NCBI GenBank assembly: GCA_963724295.1 | Contig: CAVRUC010000008.1 | Span: 32,001-96,000, forward strand | Length of the DNA: 64,000 nucleotides | DNA from: an uncultured Chloroflexia bacterium | GTDB lineage: Bacteria; Chloroflexota; Chloroflexia; Thermomicrobiales; UBA6265 | Direction of reading: 5' to 3' | Shown here: positions 9,635 through 19,161 of the stretch, in pieces | Numbering within the stretch: position 1 is the first letter of the stretch | Layout: each line of letters starts with the position of its first letter | The notes under the pieces: model-generated | The model's input: the letters and a program-made list of their open reading frames with translations, nothing else | Told to the model about the DNA's origin: nothing | Database searches by the model: none | Position numbers and translations under genes: made by a program

Positions 9635-11167
9635 TTAGGCGGATTCCCGCAACGATCCGGGGACCTGCCCGGTGGCCGCGGTCATGATCCCCTCCTCAGT
9701 GGCTGCCTCGCGTGGGATGTCGGCAACGATTCGCCCCTCCCGCATCACCAGCACCCGGTGGCTCATGCCAAGGATCTCCGGCAGCTCGGAGGAGACCATC
9801 AGGATCGCGACCCCCGCCTCGGCCAGTCGCGCGATCAGCGCGTGGACTTCGGCCTTCGCCCCGACGTCGATCCCCCGCGTCGGCTCGTCCAAGATGAGGA
9901 CCTTCGGCTTCGTCGCCAGCCAGCGCGCAATCACCACCTTTTGTTGGTTTCCCCCTGAGAGGGCCGCCACGCGCTGCTCCATGTGCGGCGTGCGAATGCT
10001 CAGTCCCTGGATGTACTCCCGCACCAGCAGCCGCTCCTGTGCGCGCGAGGGGAAGAGCGAGGAGCCGAGACGGTCCAGCATCGGCAGGCTCATGTTTTCC
10101 CGTACTCCCATCCCCAGGATCAGTGCCTGCAGCTTGCGGTCCTCCGGCACCAGCGCGATCCCGAGGTTAACCGCGTCCCCGGGGGTGCGGATCGTCACCG
10201 GCGTCCCGTCGAGCAGGATCTCCCCGCGGTCGATCCGGTCGGCTCCGAATAGGCAGCGCACCAACTCCGTTCGCCCTGCTCCCATGAGCCCGGCCAGTCC
10301 GACGATTTCGCCGGCCCGCACCTCGAGATCGACGTCATGAAGCACCTTGCCGCGGGAGAGCCCGTGTACCGCCAGCCGCACGGAGGCGTCGGTCGCGCGG
10401 GCCTGAGTGAACATCCGGGCGAGATCCCGCCCCACCATCATCCGCACCAGGAGCTCCTCGGAAGCCTCTGCCACCGGCAGCGTGCCGACCACCTTCCCAT
10501 CGCGCAGCACCGTCACCCGCTGCGCGATGCGGAACACCTCTCCCAGCCGGTGGGAGATGTATGCGATCCCTACCCCGCGCTCCCTCAATGCCGCGATGAT
10601 CCCGAACAATCGCTCCGTCTCCCGCTCCGTCAGCGAGCTGGTCGGCTCGTCAAGGATCAGCACGCGCACGTTGCGCGCGAGGGCCCGTGCGATTTCCACC
10701 ATCTGCTTCTGGGCAACGCTCAGCTCCCGCACCAACGTCTGCGGCGATACGCGCAGCCCCACCTGCTCCAGCAACTCCGTCGAGCGCCGCCAGACCTCTG
10801 GCCAGTCGACCTGCCAGCTCCCCCCGGAGCGCGTCGGCAGATCGCCGAGGAAGATGTTCTCGCCTACGCTCAGCGCGTTGACCAGGCTCAACTCCTGGTA
10901 GATCGTGATGATCCCCTGGTCGTGCGCCGCGCGCGGGCTTTCGATTGTCACTGACTGCCCGGCGAACAGGATCGAGCCGCTGTCCGGCATCTGTGCCCCG
11001 GCCAGGATCTTCATCAGCGTCGATTTGCCCGCCCCGTTCTCGCCGACGACGGCATGCACCTCGCCCTGGAGGATGCTCAATGAGACGTCGTCTAGAGCAT
11101 GCACCCCAGGAAACCGCTTCGAGATGCCACTTGCTTCGAGCACCGGTTCGGGCATTGTTCCGGCCAC
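9635..11167 (-). CDS. Monosaccharide ABC transporter ATP-binding protein (RbsA/MglA-type, two NBDs)
   Basis: GENGAGKSTL, LDEPT twice, LSGGNQQK. Confidence 0.94.
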   Translation of the reverse strand: MAGTMPEPVLEASGISKRFPGVHALDDVSLSILQGEVHAVVGENGAGKSTLMKILAGAQMPDSGSILFAGQSVTIESPRAAHDQGIITIYQELSLVNALSVGENIFLGDLPTRSGGSWQVDWPEVWRRSTELLEQVGLRVSPQTLVRELSVAQKQMVEIARALARNVRVLILDEPTSSLTERETERLFGIIAALRERGVGIAYISHRLGEVFRIAQRVTVLRDGKVVGTLPVAEASEELLVRMMVGRDLARMFTQARATDASVRLAVHGLSRGKVLHDVDLEVRAGEIVGLAGLMGAGRTELVRCLFGADRIDRGEILLDGTPVTIRTPGDAVNLGIALVPEDRKLQALILGMGVRENMSLPMLDRLGSSLFPSRAQERLLVREYIQGLSIRTPHMEQRVAALSGGNQQKVVIARWLATKPKVLILDEPTRGIDVGAKAEVHALIARLAEAGVAILMVSSELPEILGMSHRVLVMREGRIVADIPREAATEEGIMTAATGQVPGSLRESA

Positions 11168-11261
11168 CTCTCCCGCGTGGCGAGGACCGAGCCAGCGGCC
11201 CGATCCTCAAACACGTTTGGTCGCAAACGTCCCCTCGCGTAAGACCCTCTTCGCTCCCGCC

Positions 11262-11312
11262 ACCCCCTCTCCCATCACGATGGAAGAGGGGGTAGGAGGT
11301 GCGGGCACCTCC
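11262..11312. repeat. Two adjacent intercistronic hairpins (REP-like or mRNA stabiliser)
   Basis: ACCCCCTCTCCCATC-ac-GATGGAAGAGGGGGT and GGAGGTGC-gg-GCACCTCC between galM and the ATPase gene. Confidence 0.6.
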
Positions 11313-11326
11313 AGCGGGGAGGGCTC

Positions 11327-12523
11327 TTACGAAACCGAAAATGCGTACACCGTCGTCGAGTTGAATTCCTCGGCTGGCTCCAGCACCGTGTCCGGGAAAT
11401 CGGGCTGGTTTGGCGAGTCCGGGAAGTGCTGGGTCTCCAGCGCGAAACCGTCACCCTGGCGGTACATTTTGCCAGCGGCGCCGATCTCCGTCGCGTCGAG
11501 GAAGTTCCCCGAGTAGAACTGGATCCCCGGTTCGGTCGTCGAGATCGTCAGCGTGCGGCCGGATTCGGGCTCCTCCACGACAGCCGCCACGATCAGCGAG
11601 GTGTCGTCAGGGCTCTCCCGATCGAGGACGTAGTTGTGGTCGTAGCCGCGGCCGAGCACCAATTGCTCGAAGTCGTCCCGGATGCGCTCCCCGATCGGGT
11701 GCGGAGTCGTGAAGTCCATCGGCGTGCCTGCCACCGCAGCAATTTCTCCGGTCGGAATGAGGTTCGCATCGACCGGGGTGTAGTTGCCGGCCATGAGGGT
11801 CAGCAGGTGGTTCTCAGTAGTGCCGGAGCCGTCCCCGGCCAGGTTCCAATAAGCGTGATTGGTCAGGTTCACGACCGTCGGCTCGTCGGTCGTGGCGTGG
11901 TAGTCGATGCGGATCTCGTCGTTATCTGTCAAGGTGTACGTGACCTCGACGGCGAGGTTGCCGGGGTAGCCTTCCTCCATGTCCGGGCTGACGCGGCTAA
12001 GCTTGACCCCGACCTCGCGCTCGCCGCTCACCTCTTCCGCAGTCCAGACGACCTTGTCGAAACCCTTCTCGCCGCCGTGCAGCGTGTTCGGGCCGTTGTT
12101 GAGCGCTAGATAGAAGTTTTCGTCGTCGATGTCGAAGGTGCCGCGGGCGATGCGGTTGGCATAGCGACCGGTGATGTTGCCGAAATACGGGTGTCCTTCG
12201 ACATAGTCGTCGAGATTGTCAAACCCAAGCGTGACGTTGTCCATGTTGCCGTCGCGGTCAGGGACCATCACTGAGGTGATGATGCCGCCGTAGTTGGTCA
12301 GCTTGACTTCCATGCCGTTAGCGTTGGTCAAGGTAAAGAGCGACACCTGCTCACCATCGACCTCACCCCAAGCTTCGCTAGCGACGCCGCCACCGGCGGA
12401 CGGGGTGGCATCCTGCGCCACCGCGAACGGGACGAACGGCAAGGCCGCAAGCAGAGAGACGAGCACGACAGCAACGGCTACCGCCGGGACGCGGCGTGCC
12501 GCTCGGTTGCGGGAAGTGATCAT
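11327..12523 (-). CDS. galM: Aldose 1-epimerase (mutarotase) with N-terminal signal peptide
   Basis: GRYANRIARG, LHGG, EGYPG, NLTNHAYWNL, YDHNY, LETQHFPDSPN; basic plus hydrophobic leader ending AVA-Q. Confidence 0.92.
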   Translation of the reverse strand: MITSRNRAARRVPAVAVAVVLVSLLAALPFVPFAVAQDATPSAGGGVASEAWGEVDGEQVSLFTLTNANGMEVKLTNYGGIITSVMVPDRDGNMDNVTLGFDNLDDYVEGHPYFGNITGRYANRIARGTFDIDDENFYLALNNGPNTLHGGEKGFDKVVWTAEEVSGEREVGVKLSRVSPDMEEGYPGNLAVEVTYTLTDNDEIRIDYHATTDEPTVVNLTNHAYWNLAGDGSGTTENHLLTLMAGNYTPVDANLIPTGEIAAVAGTPMDFTTPHPIGERIRDDFEQLVLGRGYDHNYVLDRESPDDTSLIVAAVVEEPESGRTLTISTTEPGIQFYSGNFLDATEIGAAGKMYRQGDGFALETQHFPDSPNQPDFPDTVLEPAEEFNSTTVYAFSVS

Positions 12524-12574
12524 GATGACTCCTCCGAGAATGCAGCGAAGAGAACGGGAACGTGAACGCTGACA

Positions 12575-12602
12575 CGGGGCGGCGCCGGCCGGCGCCGCCC
12601 CG
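12575..12602. repeat. Perfect 28-bp palindrome downstream of the SBP gene (likely mRNA-stabilising stem-loop)
   Basis: CGGGGCGGCGCCGG|CCGGCGCCGCCCCG. Confidence 0.6.
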
Positions 12603-12610
12603 GGCGAGAC

Positions 12611-13660
12611 CTACTTCGTGTACGTGGTGAGGTTGTCCTGGGTTACCACGGTAACCCCGGTGTCGAGCAGCGCGCACTCCGGGACAAAGCCCTGAGTCAG
12701 GATCTTGTGCGACTCGCTGATCGACAGCTTGCCCATCTGGACCGGCCGCTGCACCATCGTGGCGTGGATGATCCCGGCCTCGATGGCGTCCAGTACTTCC
12801 GGCAGATCGTCGAAGGCGACAATCGTCAGCTCGCGGTCCGCAAATTCTGGCCCCTGCATCACCTGCGCCAGCGTCGGGCCGCCGGTCGCGCTCATGCATG
12901 CTACCCCGGTCAGGTCGGGGTGGGTGCGCAGCAACGCCTCGCTGACTCCGAATCCCTTCTGCAGGTCTTCGTCGGTGGCGACGACCTCGACGACCTCGAT
13001 GTCAGGACCAATCGTTTCGCGCAGCCCCTCGATGCGCTCATTGAGGTTGAGCGCGCCGAGGCCGCCGGTGATGATGCCGATCTTGCCGGAACCGCCGAGC
13101 GCGTCGCGCAGCGTCTCGCCCTGGATCATGCCCGCGGTCTTGTTGTTGGTCCCGATGTACTCGACGCGATTGCTGTCGGGCGAGTCGGAGTCGAACGTCA
13201 GCATCAGAACGCCCTGGTTCAGGCCGTTGTTGATGACGTCGACCACCGAGGTCGGCTCATTCGGGGAGATGACGATGGCGTTGACCCCCTTGGTGATCAA
13301 GTCCTCGATCATCTTGACCTGAAGCGCCGCGTCGAACTGCTGCGGCGCCTGCCACTCGAAGGTCACGCCGAGCGCGTTCGCCTCTTCCTCGGCGCCGATC
13401 CGACAGTCCTCGAAGAATGGGTGGACACCCTTCGGCACGATGGCGACCGTGATCGGCGAGCCATCGGTCACCATCTTGACCGTCGAGAGGAGCCCGGCTT
13501 CGAACGGTTCAGCACAGGCGGCTGCCTGTGGAGTCGCGTCCTGCGCCAGCGCACCAAAGTGATTCGAGCGCGCGGCGGCGGCTGCCACGCCGGCCGCCGC
13601 TCCGTAGACGAACTTCCGCCGACTCAACGATGATCGGCCAATCCTGCCGCAGACGTTCAT
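12611..13660 (-). CDS. Sugar ABC transporter substrate-binding protein with Tat signal
   Basis: SRRKFV twin-arginine leader; HPFF, FDSDS, YIGTNN, ERIEG, AFDD, VQRP motifs of periplasmic binding protein type 1. Confidence 0.92.
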   Translation of the reverse strand: MNVCGRIGRSSLSRRKFVYGAAAGVAAAAARSNHFGALAQDATPQAAACAEPFEAGLLSTVKMVTDGSPITVAIVPKGVHPFFEDCRIGAEEEANALGVTFEWQAPQQFDAALQVKMIEDLITKGVNAIVISPNEPTSVVDVINNGLNQGVLMLTFDSDSPDSNRVEYIGTNNKTAGMIQGETLRDALGGSGKIGIITGGLGALNLNERIEGLRETIGPDIEVVEVVATDEDLQKGFGVSEALLRTHPDLTGVACMSATGGPTLAQVMQGPEFADRELTIVAFDDLPEVLDAIEAGIIHATMVQRPVQMGKLSISESHKILTQGFVPECALLDTGVTVVTQDNLTTYTK

Positions 13661-13757
13661 CGATCTGCACCTCCTCTAGTGCCGCCGCGTCGACGGCCCC
13701 TGCGCTTCAGGCGCGCCTCGGTGCGTGCCTGCACCATCTATTGATGGGCCACTCTCT

Positions 13758-14801
13758 TCAGACGGCGCGACGCTCGCGCCGCTTCTGCCAGATGTCGAGT
13801 CCGACCGCAAGCAGGATCACCGCGCCGGTGACTACCTGCTGGGCATAGGTGTTGATTCCGAGGAGGACGATCCCGTTCTCCAGCACGCCGACGATCGCCG
13901 CGCCAAGGACGGCGCCGAGCGCCGTTCCCTCACCTCCGATGAGGCTGGTGCCGCCGATGATCGAGGCTGCGATGACCGGCAGCTCCTGCCCCAGACCTGC
14001 CGTTGGCTGCGCCGAGACGAGACGCGACAGGAGGATGATCCCGGAGACCGAGGCGAGGAAGCCGCTCATGGTGTAGACGAACATCTTGACGCGGTTGACG
14101 TTGATCCCGGCTAACCGCGCCGCCTCCTCGTTGCCGCCAACCGCGTAGATGTATCGACCCAGGGTCGACCGGGAGAGGAAGGCGGTAGCCACGATCGTGA
14201 CCACGATCATGATGATGACCGGCATCGGCACCTGGCCAACGTAGCCCTGCCCGATCTGCAGGAGCAGCGGATCTCGTGGTGCGGTCACCGGATACCCCTG
14301 GGTGATGACATAGATCAGTCCCCGGCCGATGCTGAGCGTGCCGAGCGTGGCGATGAACGGTGGCAGCCCGGCGCGGGTGATGAGAAGCCCGTTGCACGCC
14401 CCGAAGACGGTGCCCACCCCTAGCCCGGCCAGGATCGCAAGTACAGAGGGCCAGCCATTGACCAGGAGAATCCCGGTCGAAAGGCTGGAGAGGCCGATGA
14501 TCGATCCAGCTGACAGGTCAATGCCGCCGGTGATGATGACCATGGTCTGCCCGATGGCGGCGACCGCCGTCAGCGAAAAGGCGCGCGCCACGCCTAGCAG
14601 GTTGTTGGCGGTGAAAAAGACCGGCGACAGGAACGCGAGTAGTGCGCAGAGGAGGACAAGGGCGATTAGGATGTTGAGTTCTTTGATTCGAGTCAGCCAA
14701 CCAAAGGCCGAGCGAGGCGCACGTGGGACCATGGGCACGCCCGGCGCCTCAGTCGAGCCCGGGTGCGTCGCTATGGCATCGAGAGCGTCATCGCTCGGCA
14801 T
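13758..14801 (-). CDS. Sugar ABC transporter permease (RbsC-type)
   Basis: GGIDLSAG, LPPFIATLG, GRYIYAVGGNEEAARLAGI, IGGTSLIGGEG. Confidence 0.94.
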   Translation of the reverse strand: MPSDDALDAIATHPGSTEAPGVPMVPRAPRSAFGWLTRIKELNILIALVLLCALLAFLSPVFFTANNLLGVARAFSLTAVAAIGQTMVIITGGIDLSAGSIIGLSSLSTGILLVNGWPSVLAILAGLGVGTVFGACNGLLITRAGLPPFIATLGTLSIGRGLIYVITQGYPVTAPRDPLLLQIGQGYVGQVPMPVIIMIVVTIVATAFLSRSTLGRYIYAVGGNEEAARLAGINVNRVKMFVYTMSGFLASVSGIILLSRLVSAQPTAGLGQELPVIAASIIGGTSLIGGEGTALGAVLGAAIVGVLENGIVLLGINTYAQQVVTGAVILLAVGLDIWQKRRERRAV

Positions 14802-14834
14802 GGTGCTGCTCCTGGCTCTCCGATTCTGGGCGGG

Positions 14835-15572
14835 CTACCCCATTCCTCGGTCCGCTGCGTACAGCGCGCGCTCGATGTCCGCCGCGGTCGTCCGCAGCAA
14901 CTCGCGCATTGCGGACTCGGCCGCTTGCGGTTGGCGATCTCGGATCGCCCACGCCACAGCCCAGTGTGCTGGCATCGCCGCGAGGCTGCTGCCAGGGACG
15001 CTGACTGTTGCGCGCCGGCTGAGCCGCAACGCCATCGTGATCGTGTCGCTCAACTGAGCGAGGAGGTCGTTGTGGCAGGCGTTGAGGATGGCCGTGTGGA
15101 AGGCCATGTCAGCGTCGATGTAGTCATCCCCGTCATCGGCGGCGGCATCGTTCATGCCGTCGCACCAGGCGAGAATCTCGGTCACTTCGCCGGTCGTGGC
15201 GCGCTCAGCGGCGAGGGCCGCCCCTGGCGGCTCGATGATCTCCCGCACCTCACTGATGTCCTCCAGGAACCCTTCATCTGGGCCGGCCTCGTACCGCCAG
15301 AACAGGACGTCCGAATCGAGCAGGTTCCAATAGCGGCGCGGCCGCACCTGCGTGCCGACCTTCGGTCGGGTCTCGACCAGCCCCTTCGAGGCCAGGACCT
15401 TTATCGCCTCCCGCACGACCGTCCGGCTCACGCTGAATTGCTCGCTCAATGCCGTCTCGTCGGGCAATGTGGCCCCCAGTGTCGTCCTGTTGCCAACCAC
15501 AAGGAGCCCGAGTTGGTCGACGATCTCCCGGTGCAGTCCGCGTCGGAGGTCTGATGCTCGGTGTCTTGTCAC
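14835..15572 (-). CDS. GntR family (FadR subfamily, DgoR-like) transcriptional regulator
   Basis: LPDE..L..FSVSRTVVREAIKVLASKGLV..RPKVGT wHTH plus FCD domain; start moved to GTG 15572 because the longer ORF overlaps the promoter. Confidence 0.88.
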   Translation of the reverse strand: MTRHRASDLRRGLHREIVDQLGLLVVGNRTTLGATLPDETALSEQFSVSRTVVREAIKVLASKGLVETRPKVGTQVRPRRYWNLLDSDVLFWRYEAGPDEGFLEDISEVREIIEPPGAALAAERATTGEVTEILAWCDGMNDAAADDGDDYIDADMAFHTAILNACHNDLLAQLSDTITMALRLSRRATVSVPGSSLAAMPAHWAVAWAIRDRQPQAAESAMRELLRTTAADIERALYAADRGMG

Positions 15573-15589
15573 TGCCGTTTGACCAGGAT

Positions 15590-15605
15590 TCATACTATTG
15601 TATGA
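15590..15605. promoter_or_regulatory. Palindromic operator, probably bound by the adjacent GntR
   Basis: TCATAC-TATT-GTATGA just downstream of the predicted transcription start. Confidence 0.7.
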
Positions 15606-15617
15606 TGATTGCCAAGG

Positions 15618-15646
15618 ATCATAGCGAGGTCGCATCCCACTGTCAA
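15618..15646 (-). promoter_or_regulatory. Sigma70-type promoter of the gntR-ABC-galM operon
   Basis: Minus strand TTGACA-17 nt-TATGAT. Confidence 0.8.
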
Positions 15647-15951
15647 GCGGTCACGGACGGCGATGGCCGCAGACCCAATCCACCATGGTGCTGGAGGAAA
15701 AGGGGATCAGCATTCCCCACGACTTTCGCCTGCTGCTCGGCATCATTCCGCCCGCTACGAACGGTGATGTTGACCTCGACGTTTTGTAGACCTGAGCACA
15801 TCCGGTCGGAGACCTGGTCGAGGATCTGATGTGGGTGGTCGGCAAAGAGATTGGACGTGTGCGTCTCAGACAGCATCGAGGTCAGCTGCGCGGTCCACTG
15901 ACCGGCGAAGTCGGGGAATCGGATCCGATTATTGAAGACGATGCGGGGCAT
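15643..15951 (-). CDS. Hypothetical protein (102 aa)
   Basis: Fills the gap and overlaps the 3' end of the upstream gene; no motif recognised. Confidence 0.35.
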   Translation of the reverse strand: MPRIVFNNRIRFPDFAGQWTAQLTSMLSETHTSNLFADHPHQILDQVSDRMCSGLQNVEVNITVRSGRNDAEQQAKVVGNADPLFLQHHGGLGLRPSPSVTA

Positions 15952-16343
15952 CTGACGACATGGTCGACGCCGTCTCAGTTAGGCCCACCTGCTGCGCCGC
16001 CTGCCACGGCCAGCGCCCGTCGATCTCGACGTCGATGCTCAAGCTCAGCACGGTCCGTACTAGGACGATGATGGCCAGGACGATCACGCTGTCGAACGTC
16101 GGCTCGATGGCCACCGTCTTGATGATGTCCCCAGCTACCAGAAACTCGAGCCCGAGCAGGAGTGAGCGGCCGAGGAAGGTGCGCAGGCGCCGGTAGGCGT
16201 TGACCGCCCGTTCCTGCCGTAACAGGTCCTGAGCGTAGTGGATGACACCGATCAGCGCGCCGAGCGCGATGATGGCGACTCCCACGAAGTCGATGACTTC
16301 GCTGATGACGAAAATGATCTCATGGGTCTCCACGGATTCCACG
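15929..16343 (-). CDS. DUF1622 family membrane protein (start uncertain)
   Basis: LGRSLLLGLEFLVAGDII.T..PT...LA.IVLVRTVLS..EIDGRWPW signature. Confidence 0.85.
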
Positions 16344-16514
16344 GTCGCGGCTCCCCAATCCTCCCGACGAACGTGCACGTGCGGGAGGACCATCCACGGC
16401 ACCTGGTTCGTGCGCGCCGGGGAACAGACTCGCCCTTCCCGGTGGCGCCCTGTCGGGTCACACTACCGCAACTGGATGAGGCAGGAGACCGCGGTAGCGG
16501 GAAGGGATGATTTC

Positions 16515-17753
16515 GTGACGGAGAAACCGGAGCTGGATGCGTTCGGCCGCGAGTACGCTCGCCTCTCATTCGGCATCGAACGCCATGTCCCCGGCTTCAT
16601 CGACGCGTACCTCGGTCCGGATCACGTCCGCGCCGCGCTCAATCCCGAAACCCCGCCGGCGCCGGCTGCACTCGTCACGGCGGCGCGTGAGCTCCTGGCA
16701 CGGATTCCGTCGCTGGACGCGCCCGAGAGTCGCAAGGGGTATCTGACCAAGCAGGTCGAGGCCATGCTGGCCACCGCCCGGCGCGTGGCCGGGGAGGAAT
16801 TACCGTACCGCGAGGAGGTACGGCTTCTCTTCGACATCGAGCCAGTAGCGACACCGGAGGGGATCTACGACGCGGCGATCAGCGATCTCGACACCCTTAT
16901 ACCCGGCGACGGCCCGATCGCCGAGCGCATGGTCACCTGGCGGCAGAGCTATGCGGTCCCGCCCGAGACCGCGAGACGCCTGGTCGACGTCATTTTGCCG
17001 GAGCTGCGAGCGCGGACCGAGGAGTTCGTCGAGCTTCCCGAAGACGAGTCGATCGAGATTCGCATGGTGCAGGATCAGCCCTGGAGCGGCTACAACTGGT
17101 ATCTCGGCAACGGGCGCTCGCGCGTCGATCTCAATACCGATCTCCCGATCTACGCCTATCGATTGACCGATCTGCTCGCTCACGAGGGATACCCCGGTCA
17201 TCACACCGAGCATGCCCTGAAGGAACGCCATTACACCGAGCATGGGCTGGGCGAGCACGCCCTGCAACTGATCAACACGCCCGAGTGCCTGATCTCGGAG
17301 GGGATCGCGACGGTCGCCGAGAAGATGCTGTTCACTCCGCGGGAGCTGGTCCGCTTTCGCCGCGAGCGCGTCTACCCGGCTGCCGGGATCAGCGGCGATC
17401 CCGACCGCGAAGTCGCGATCGGCGCCGCGCAGCGCATCCTGCGCTCGGTTCCGGGCAACGCGGCCCTCTTGCTCCATGAGGAGGGCCAGGATCCGGAGGA
17501 CGTGGTCGCCTACTTGCAGCGCTACGGGCTGGTGGCGGAGGAGGAAGCGCGCCAGCGACTGCGATTCATCGCCGATCCCCTCTGGCGTGCCTACATCTTC
17601 ACCTACCACGTCGGCTACGAGCTGATCTCCGGGTGGCTAGACCAGGCGCCGGCTGAGCGCCAGAGTCGCTTCCGGACGCTCCTCACCGAGCAGGTCTACC
17701 CGTCGCAAATTGCCGCCTGGACGACTTCCGGCGCCGGTCCACTTCCTGCTTGA
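16515..17753 (+). CDS. DUF885-like putative zinc metallopeptidase
   Basis: LAHEGYPGHH followed by EGIA and a C-terminal YIFTY..G; start GTG 16515 behind GGAAGG. Confidence 0.72.
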   Translation: MTEKPELDAFGREYARLSFGIERHVPGFIDAYLGPDHVRAALNPETPPAPAALVTAARELLARIPSLDAPESRKGYLTKQVEAMLATARRVAGEELPYREEVRLLFDIEPVATPEGIYDAAISDLDTLIPGDGPIAERMVTWRQSYAVPPETARRLVDVILPELRARTEEFVELPEDESIEIRMVQDQPWSGYNWYLGNGRSRVDLNTDLPIYAYRLTDLLAHEGYPGHHTEHALKERHYTEHGLGEHALQLINTPECLISEGIATVAEKMLFTPRELVRFRRERVYPAAGISGDPDREVAIGAAQRILRSVPGNAALLLHEEGQDPEDVVAYLQRYGLVAEEEARQRLRFIADPLWRAYIFTYHVGYELISGWLDQAPAERQSRFRTLLTEQVYPSQIAAWTTSGAGPLPA

Positions 17754-17841
17754 CCGTAACCCGGCATGCGAGGCATGGCAGGAACTGGTACAAACGCGGA
17801 ACACGAGCTCGCCGAAGCGATGGCGCAGTGGAGGTTTGGCA

Positions 17842-18102
17842 ATGGCGAAGGAACGGCACACCGTCGCGTTCGTGGTTGGCGCGGCGCTGGGAGGCGCCGT
17901 CGGGGCGATCTACGGTCTCATGAACGCGCCGCGCCCGGGCGCGCAAACCCGTGCTGACCTGACCGAGCGCTGGCATGACGTCGGCGAGCGCACCGCGCAG
18001 GAGATCGCCAATCTGGAAACCGAGGTGCGCGATCGGGTAGCCCCCGAGTGGTCATCGCACGGTCGCATCGACGTCCGGCTCGACAGCCCGGCGCGGAGCT
18101 AG
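17842..18102 (+). CDS. YtxH-domain protein
   Basis: FVVGAALGGAVGAIYGLMNAPRPGAQTR; GGAGG RBS. Confidence 0.75.
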   Translation: MAKERHTVAFVVGAALGGAVGAIYGLMNAPRPGAQTRADLTERWHDVGERTAQEIANLETEVRDRVAPEWSSHGRIDVRLDSPARS

Positions 18103-18112
18103 GAGTCGCGCG

Positions 18113-18847
18113 GTGTTCCCCATCGGCGATGAAAATGCCGGGACGGCCATCAAACCGCTCGTCAACTGGACGCTCATCGGGATTTGCATCCTCGTCTTCG
18201 TCTACGAGCTCATCCTGCCCCCGGCGCAGCTCGACGCCTTCTTCCTGCAATGGGGCGCGATCCCGGCGGAGATCACCCGATTCCAGGACCTGCATGGGCT
18301 GCTCACGTCGATGTTTCTCCATGGCGGTTGGGCCCATATCATCGGGAACATGGTCTTCCTGCTCGTCTTCGGCGACAACATCGAAGACGCCATGGGTCAC
18401 ATCTCGTATCTCCTCTTCTATCTCCTCACGGGCATCATTGCTGGTCTTAGCCAGATCCTCCTCAGTCCCGACTCGACGATCCCCCTGATCGGGGCGTCGG
18501 GAGCCATCTCCGGCGTGCTGGGCGCCTACATCGTCCTCTTCCCGCACGGAAAGGTGCGGGCGCTCGTCTTCTTCGGCTACTTCGGTCAGATTATCCTGGT
18601 GCCCGCCTGGGTGATGATCGGGATCTGGTTCGCCCTGCAGCTCTTCAGCGGGTTCGCGTCACTTGGCGCACCCGACGTCGGTGGAGTCGCCTTCTGGGCG
18701 CATGTCGGTGGGTTCGTGGCCGGCGCGGTGCTGGTCTGGCTGTTCCGGGATCGGGACGCCGTGGCGCGACAGAACGCGGTCCGGGAAGGACACCAGGCCT
18801 GGCAGCGCGTGCCAAGCGGCGCCCGCTCTACGCGCGGGCGGTTCTAG
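18113..18847 (+). CDS. Rhomboid family intramembrane serine protease
   Basis: SMFLHGGWAHIIGNM, GDNIED, GASGAI catalytic Ser, AHVGG catalytic His. Confidence 0.93.
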   Translation: MFPIGDENAGTAIKPLVNWTLIGICILVFVYELILPPAQLDAFFLQWGAIPAEITRFQDLHGLLTSMFLHGGWAHIIGNMVFLLVFGDNIEDAMGHISYLLFYLLTGIIAGLSQILLSPDSTIPLIGASGAISGVLGAYIVLFPHGKVRALVFFGYFGQIILVPAWVMIGIWFALQLFSGFASLGAPDVGGVAFWAHVGGFVAGAVLVWLFRDRDAVARQNAVREGHQAWQRVPSGARSTRGRF

Positions 18848-18857
18848 AGAGGTCATC

Positions 18858-19109
18858 GTGCAGGTGAATCCGTTTATTCGATTTGACGTCGATCTCGAGG
18901 CACTGACGGACGCCATGTGGGCGTTCGTTACCGACCCGCGGCCATCGCGGAACGAGCGTCCCGTGGTGAAGGCGTTGGATGACATTCACCCTGAAAGCGT
19001 TGAGGTGCTGGAATCGATGCTCCTCGATGGCACCGAGGAGCGCGAGGACGTCGCCGCGTACGTTGCGACGGTCTTCGGCGACCGGGTCGGCCAGTCGGTG
19101 AGTCGGTAA
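18858..19109 (+). CDS. Small acidic hypothetical protein
   Basis: GAGAGG RBS, operonic with the rhomboid gene, GC3-rich codons. Confidence 0.55.
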   Translation: MQVNPFIRFDVDLEALTDAMWAFVTDPRPSRNERPVVKALDDIHPESVEVLESMLLDGTEEREDVAAYVATVFGDRVGQSVSR

Positions 19110-19124
19110 GTCGGTAAGTCGGAC
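19093..19124. repeat. Octamer tandem repeat (AGTCGGTA)n, copy 1
   Basis: AGTCGGTG AGTCGGTA AGTCGGTA AGTCGGAC at a convergent gene junction. Confidence 0.75.
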
Positions 19125-19161
19125 TAAGGACGAAGAATAGACTGATAGCCGATGAGTCAGA

